Shown in pieces: positions 58,027 to 64,000 of a stretch of 64,000 nucleotides of DNA. A program made the position numbers and the translations under genes. Position 1 is the stretch's first letter, and every line of letters begins with the position of its first letter. Under the pieces are notes generated by a model, which made no database searches, was not told the origin of the DNA, and was given only the letters and a program-made list of their open reading frames with translations. This DNA is from Phyllobates terribilis (lineage: Eukaryota): assembly GCF_046119375.1 (NCBI RefSeq), contig NW_027362763.1, positions 417,012,001 through 417,076,000 on the forward strand, written 5' to 3'.

Positions 58027-60233
58027 AAGTTGACTCACCCCCTGGGCCAGTGCTGTAGTGCGGCGTGCGTGCGCGCGGGGGATACCCGGAGCCGGATCCG
58101 ATGGGGGTAGTAGTCTTCGTGTGGCGGTGACCCGGTCCGCGCCCAGGGTGGTCAAACTAAGTGGCAGTTATTGGTATGATGGTATTAGTGTCCGACTACG
58201 CCACCCGTTGAATGCGGTTATGAAACCGCCGCTGCAGGGCAGACCGCTGAGGCCGGTGGTATAGGTGTGCAGCAATGTTGATATAACCCCCAACGGGAGA
58301 GGTATGGCCTCAGGGCAGCGGATGTGGGTGATGTTGGGAGTGATGGTGTGGATGTCCCAGCACTAACGGTGCGACAAGGAAGCACGGAGACGCGAGGGTA
58401 CAGTTCAGGGCCTTTACTGATGGTACAAGGCAAATTCCCCCGGGAGTACTGGCTAGTAGTTGGGGCCTGGTTAGTCTGCGAGTAAGCCGGAGTTCCCCTG
58501 GCCAGGTGGAGTTGTAGGCCTTCCCGTTAGTCTGTACCCTTCCTGGCTACCCTGCTTTCGGCGGTTACAAGTAGCCCACGTCCCTGGGTATACCGTGTGG
58601 TGCTCACCCGTATGGCTGGTGACCTGGGGCCTCCTGTTAGCCTCCGCTCCGGGATGGCGGTGCTGGTCCCTTCGTTGTGACTGAGCCTCCGGGCTTTTAT
58701 GGCCAGAGGACCTGGAATCCCCTGCCGGATGGATTCTGCTGCTGGGTATATCTTAGTCCCCACAGCCTCGGACTCCTGTGTCCGGTTTTAGTACCTTCTC
58801 CCAGGGCGAGCTCTGCACAGCTCCAGCCCCTGGCGCTTCTCCTTGGCTCCTACAGAGCTCCTGATGTCTCTCTGTCCCTGTTTCTGCGTGTCCAGACCAG
58901 ACTCCGTCTCTGTCTGGAACTCCTCTCTCTAACCCTGCCTCAGCCCCAGTTTATGTAGGGGAAGTTCTTCCCCTCCCAGGACTGGGCAGGAGGTGTGGCA
59001 TGCTTAGGATTCCTGCCCAGGAGACCTCCCACCTGCTCACAGATGTAATACTGCTATTGTAGCACCCTGAGGATTCGGCTGCTACAGGGGTATTACACCT
59101 CAAGCCAGAGGTGTGGTATTCCACTCCCGGGTAAGGATGGAGTGTGGAACTGAGCTCAGTTAGCTGCATGCACTACACACATCCCATTTCCGGGGAACAG
59201 ACCGATGGTACTCCCACTAGAGAAATGTGCAGGTACGACAGTGTCTGTTCCTGGCTGGAGTGGGAGGGGGGTGGAACATCCCAGTAGTGTAGGGGCAGAT
59301 AGGGGAAGCAGCCTGGGTAAAGCTAGGAGCTCATTGGGTGCTGGTCACCTGAGCTCACACATAGAGGGAGTATATAAGGTGGGCACCATCTTAGATCAGG
59401 GTCAGTCTGTGAGACGTCGGTCAGTCAGTCTGTCTGAGAGCCTGAGAAGCAGAGCAGAGGAGAAGGAAGAGGGACCCAGAGGCGCAGGAAGAGGGGACCC
59501 CAAGAGCCCATAAGAGAGCTAATAGGGTGAAGGGTCGGCAACAGGGTACCGGATCCCAAGCTGGTGGAGGCTACAGTACTAATCCTCAGCCAGAGACCGG
59601 AGGTCGTGGGCAGGATCTGCCACGACCACCCACTAAATCCACCCGGAAGGCAGACCAAGAATAGGGTCAGGGAGCCCAGAGGAGGCTTGACCAACAAGAG
59701 GCCCGAGGGAGCCGGACTTAGGTGGATCCCTGGTGGGAACGGCCAGAAGAAGGGAGAGTCAGAAAGGAGCTCAGGACCACACTCCGGAGTTGCCTGGGAG
59801 TTGACCGAGTCCAGGACCTGGTGGACGCAGCACGGCTCGGGTGGTCACTGCTGTACACAGTGACCCGAGCAACACCAGTAAGTAAAACCCTGGAACTGCA
59901 TTTTATGCCTCTGAGTCTCTTTGCTGCACCTTCACAACCACCATCCTCCACGGCTGACCCCCTGAGGCTATACCCCTCCCGTTGGGGGTTATACTACCAA
60001 AGCTGCACACATACCAACAGCCTCAGCGGACCCTGCTGCAGCGGCGGCCTTTTGACCGCAAATCAACGGGTGGCGTAGTCGACACAAAGAACTAATAACA
60101 TCTGTAGGACTGCCACACTCTGAGCTTGACACCCTGGGCACGGACCGGGTCACAGCCACTCGGAGACTACAACCCCCATCTGATCCGGCTCCGGGTATCC
60201 CCAACAACACTGGCCCAGGGGGCGCGTCAACTT

Positions 60234-60252
60234 TGGCGTAGTCGGCAGGATT
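60234..60252 (+). promoter_or_regulatory. PBS of the CSD element, tRNA-Ser(AGA/UGA)
   Basis: TGGCGTAGTCGGCAGGATT, identical to the PBS of Gypsy-1 and Gypsy-2. Confidence 0.9.
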
Positions 60253-60410
60253 ACGTGCCCGCAACAACCGGGTACTGCGTGCCTGAAGAAAAGTTCACCG
60301 TTACCTTAAAAAGAAGTCTCCCGCCGGTTCCGGAGGGTCCCCGCCAACGGACCCCATCACAGGTCGTTTCCCGCCGGTTGTCCGCCATTTGCAGCTTTTT
60401 CCCGCCATCC

Positions 60411-62183
60411 ATGGAGTTTCCCGCCACTGGGAGACGATTCCCGCCATTTCCGAAGATTTCCCGCCTTGGAAGAGCGGACGCCATTATGGGCGTGCCAGAG
60501 GGTGGCAAGAGGCCACCTCCCATCGTGGGCCAGGTCGAAGAATGGCGCCAAAAGCGGAAACCGCGCCCACCAACAGAGACTGTGATGCTGGAAGTGTCCA
60601 TCAGCGTGAGAGAACTGCCCCTGGAACTGACAATCACTAAGTTGCCCCGGGACCACCCTCAATGTGGGCGGAGACAGAACAAGAGAGCAAAGATGGGTGC
60701 AGCCTGGAGAAGTCTGGAGAGAGCGCACCCGGAGACAAGAAGTCTGGAGAGGAGTCCAGAGAAAGCCTACCCGGAGATGGAGGGAGAGTCAGGCAGCACC
60801 GACCCAGTGGTCAGGAGCCTGTTGCAGGTCGCCACTCCAGAAGGCCTGCTGGAGATCCTAACACAGCTCCCCCGAGACCGGGAGTGTGCACAGACCGCGT
60901 TGGAGGGCCTCGCACGGAGGATGGCCCGGGTACAGCGAGAGACGTTGGCGGAGTGGAGCCGAGAGATGGCCCAGCAGACCGGAACCCGTCAGCGGAGCAC
61001 GCCGCCCGAGACGAGGAGACAGACCGCCTCTGAGGATGGCGCAGGAGGAATGAAGGCAGGAGACGGCGCCGAGAAGGGAGCTGAACGGACGGAGGCAGGT
61101 AAAGGGGACGTCTCTACCCCGAGCCGGGAAACCGCGTGCCTGCCCCAGCTCCCCGTCGCAGAGCCCGAAATTCCCCCTGCCGTGCCCGTCGCTGCATCGT
61201 CACCGCCGCAGACTAGGCCTCAACCGGAAGCCGCGGCCGCGACCCCTGTGACGTCACGCGCTTCGACCCTGAGCGCGGCAAAGCAGGAAATACCACCGGC
61301 CTGGTCGCAAGGCCTAGTACCCCCGGGCGCCGCTATTCCAACAGCGCCCCCACCGGCCTGGCCGCAGGGCCGAGTAACCACGGGCGCCGCCGTTCTTACG
61401 GTGCCCTTTTCCTTTAGCGTGCCCCAAGCCTGGTCGCAAGGCCTGGTCAACCCGGGCGCCGCTACCACCACAGCGCCCATAGCACCTAAAGTGCCGCACC
61501 TGGGTGAAAATCTATTTGCCCAGCATACGTGCCCGGATGGGCAGCCCTTCATATGGCCCCAGGAGTACATTCAGCTGGAACTCCAGAGAGCAAGGCCCAT
61601 GTGCGAGCCCCTGATTCCGGCTCCGAAGCCCGTAAAGAGGACCTCACCCCCGCTGGAGGGGGCACAGTTTGAGTGGGACCCCACCGGAGAAGACCTCATG
61701 GGGTTCACTCAGGAGACTCGGGCGGCCGCAGCGGAGCGTGCAGAGTGCTGCCGGCAGCAGCTCGAGGTCTTCGAGAGGGAGCGGAGAGAGAGGCGGGTCC
61801 GGGAACAGCAAGCGCAGATAAGGAGCGCGGAGCAGAAGAGCCGGACCAGGAGGAATCCCCGTGCAGCTCATGGTCCCCCTTCCACCGGGACTGTGATAAA
61901 ATTCAACATGCAGCATGGGTGGGGCTTCATTAGAGACCATCATACCCCCGGCGACGTCTTTGTGACCCGCAGAGACGTAGAAAGCCATCTGCCGGAGGGA
62001 CACAGAGGTCGTGACCTGTATGTAGGGGACGAGGTCACCTTCACCCGGCACAAGTGTGCCAAAGGACCCTACGCCCTCCATGTGCATCGCCTGACAGAGG
62101 AGGAGCTGCGGTGTGAGGAGGAGCAAGAGGACCCGGACGGGTCTGAAGAATCTAAAGAAGGAGCAGGAGGACGCCGTCATTGA
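60411..62183 (+). CDS. ~590-aa protein: helical N-terminal region, Pro/Ala-rich repeats, coiled coil, C-terminal cold-shock domain, acidic tail
   Basis: The first ATG after the PBS is at 60411 (frame open from 60126). Codons 61884-62094 read TGTVIKFNMQHGWGFIRDHHTPGDVFVTRRDVESHLPEGHRGRDLYVGDEVTFTRHKCAKGPYALHVHRL, matching the CSD pattern GTVKWFN..GYGFI...DVFVH...GE.VEF...KG..A..V. Confidence 0.85.
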   Translation: MEFPATGRRFPPFPKISRLGRADAIMGVPEGGKRPPPIVGQVEEWRQKRKPRPPTETVMLEVSISVRELPLELTITKLPRDHPQCGRRQNKRAKMGAAWRSLERAHPETRSLERSPEKAYPEMEGESGSTDPVVRSLLQVATPEGLLEILTQLPRDRECAQTALEGLARRMARVQRETLAEWSREMAQQTGTRQRSTPPETRRQTASEDGAGGMKAGDGAEKGAERTEAGKGDVSTPSRETACLPQLPVAEPEIPPAVPVAASSPPQTRPQPEAAAATPVTSRASTLSAAKQEIPPAWSQGLVPPGAAIPTAPPPAWPQGRVTTGAAVLTVPFSFSVPQAWSQGLVNPGAATTTAPIAPKVPHLGENLFAQHTCPDGQPFIWPQEYIQLELQRARPMCEPLIPAPKPVKRTSPPLEGAQFEWDPTGEDLMGFTQETRAAAAERAECCRQQLEVFERERRERRVREQQAQIRSAEQKSRTRRNPRAAHGPPSTGTVIKFNMQHGWGFIRDHHTPGDVFVTRRDVESHLPEGHRGRDLYVGDEVTFTRHKCAKGPYALHVHRLTEEELRCEEEQEDPDGSEESKEGAGGRRH

Positions 62184-64000
62184 AGTACGGTAGAGAGAGA
62201 CTGTACATAGTTACCCGTCAGGGTATAAGAACTGTTCTAGTTAAAATATAGTCCCCGTTGGGACCAGCAGATTGAACTGAAACCCGTGTGTCCCTATTCC
62301 CACTGACCGAGGACTGAGAGCGGTCATTCCTCCCTAATACCTGGCCGAGGACTGAGAGCGGCCATATTTCCCTTGTATATAGTTGCGCTTCCTAAAGCGC
62401 CCCCTACCGGTTTTATAGGGAACTGTTTTATTCCAAGAGAGACTGTCGCACCTTACCCGGTCACAAGTTGCACCGTGACCGGAGGAACCAGAAACAAGAA
62501 TGTTATTTATATGAAAAGTTTACTGCTGATATATATATATGATGTTTTCTATGTTTATGTTTATGAAAAAAATTGTATGTTTTGGATGTTTATATCTTAC
62601 AGCCCGAGGACGTGCTGTGATTTACCAGGGGGGAATGTAGCACCCTGAGGATTCGGCTGCTACAGGGGTATTACACCTCAAGCCAGAGGTGTGGTATTCC
62701 ACTCCCGGGTAAGGATGGAGTGTGGAACTGAGCTCAGTTAGCTGCATGCACTACACACATCCCATTTCCGGGGAACAGACCGATGGTACTCCCACTAGAG
62801 AAATGTGCAGGTACGACAGTGTCTGTTCCTGGCTGGAGTGGGAGGGGGGTGGAACATCCCAGTAGTGTAGGGGCAGATAGGGGGAGCAGCCTGGGTAAAG
62901 CTAGGAGCTCATTGGGTGCTGGTCACCTGAGCTCACACATAGAGGGAGTATATAAGGTGGGCACCATCTTAGATCAGGGTCAGTCTGTGAGACGTCGGTC
63001 AGTCAGTCTGTCTGAGAGCCTGAGAAGCAGAGCAGAGGAGAAGGAAGAGGGACCCAGAGGCGCAGGAAGAGGGGACCCCAAGAGCCCATAAGAGAGCTAA
63101 TAGGGTGAAGGGTCGGCAACAGGGTACCGGATCCCAAGCTGGTGGAGGCTACAGCACTAATCCTCAGCCAGAGACCGGAGGTCGTGGGCAGGATCTGCCA
63201 CGACCACCCACTAAATCCACCCGGAAGGCAGACCAAGAATAGGGTCAGGGAGCCCAGAGGAGGCTTGACCAACAAGAGGCCCGAGGGAGCCGGACTTAGG
63301 TGGATCCCTGGTGGGAACGGCCAGAAGAAGGGAGAGTCAGAAAGGAGCTCAGGACCACACTCCGGAGTTGCCTGGGAGTTGACCGAGTCCAGGACCTGGT
63401 GGACGCAGCACGGCTCGGGTGGTCACTGCTGTACACAGTGACCCGAGCAACACCAGTAAGTAAAACCCTGGAACTGCATTTTAGGCCTCTGAGTCTCTTT
63501 GCTGCACCTTCACAACCACCATCCTCCACGGCTGACCCCCTGAGGCTATACCCCTCCCGTTGGGGGTTATACTACCAAAGCTGCACACATACCAACAGCC
63601 TCAGCGGACCCTGCTGCAGCGGCGGCCTTTTGACCGCAAATCAACGGGTGGCGTAGGCGACACAAAGAACTAATAACATCTGTAGGACTGCCACACTCTG
63701 AGCTTGACACCCTGGGCACGGACCGGGTCACAGCCACTCGGAGACTACAACCCCCATCTGATCCGGCTCCGGGTATCCCCAACAACACTGGCCCAGGGGG
63801 CGCGTCACTATTACTGTGGAAACCAGACCCCTGGGGTGCCACAAAAGCGCAATGAGCATGACAAAACTGAGGAAATAATGGCTCTAGCCATCCATGACTA
63901 ACAAGTTATAAGAGTTCCAGACATGTGGATCATAGATCCGCTGGGTTTTGGCTCTTCTGGAACTTAGAAACTGCTCCACATTCGAGAGTGCAACAGGCAC

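Larger units (their letters stand above)
59058..63807 (+). mobile_element. Non-autonomous LTR retroelement (4750 bp) lacking gag/pol, encoding a cold-shock-domain protein; TSD CTAT
   Basis: LTRs 59058-60229 and 62636-63807 (1172 bp each, about 4 differences seen); PBS 60234-60252; PPT CCAGGGGGGAA before 62636; CTAT at 59054-59057 and 63808-63811. Confidence 0.96.
51106..63843 (-). mobile_element. Ty3/Gypsy LTR retrotransposon Gypsy-2, young and coding-intact, TSD AAAG
   Basis: LTRs 51106-52164 and 58031-63843 (the latter interrupted at 59058-63811); AAAG at 51102-51105 and 63844-63847; about 4 differences seen between LTRs over ~1059 bp. Confidence 0.96.

Noticed and set aside
59205-60078. 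ORFs of 90-120 aa repeated at 62783-63656
   Set aside because: They lie in GC-rich LTR sequence and recur only because the LTRs are duplicates; no coding signature.
60411-62183. Host YBX1, YBX2 or LIN28 gene or processed pseudogene
   Set aside because: The CSD is strongly diverged and C-terminal, with no Y-box basic/acidic tail and no LIN28 zinc knuckles, and it is enclosed by LTRs with PBS, PPT and TSD. No gene symbol assigned.

Overview
Repeat-dominated vertebrate genomic DNA. The TE families suggest an anuran amphibian (inference), and no host gene could be confidently identified. The window holds four hAT/BED DNA transposons: one with a fully open ORF of at least 1187 aa, and two with perfect 8-bp TSDs, including a 16.6-kb copy carrying a Gypsy element and a 52-bp satellite. 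It also holds two Tc1 elements, L1 fragments, TTAA- and TWA-flanked MITEs, a tRNA-derived SINE, two solo LTRs, a degenerate 18S rRNA fragment, and a ~388-bp retrozyme-like unit with a hammerhead ribozyme core. A three-level LTR nest lies at 49.7-64 kb: an old LTR element is interrupted by a young Ty3/Gypsy element with intact gag and pol (-1 frameshift, tRNA-Ser PBS). The 5' LTR of that element is in turn interrupted by a 4.75-kb non-autonomous LTR element. This last element has near-identical LTRs, PBS, PPT and TSD but no gag or pol; it instead encodes one intact ~590-aa ORF ending in a cold-shock (Y-box-type) RNA-binding domain, which is the most striking observation. All coordinates, alignments and difference counts were made by eye.
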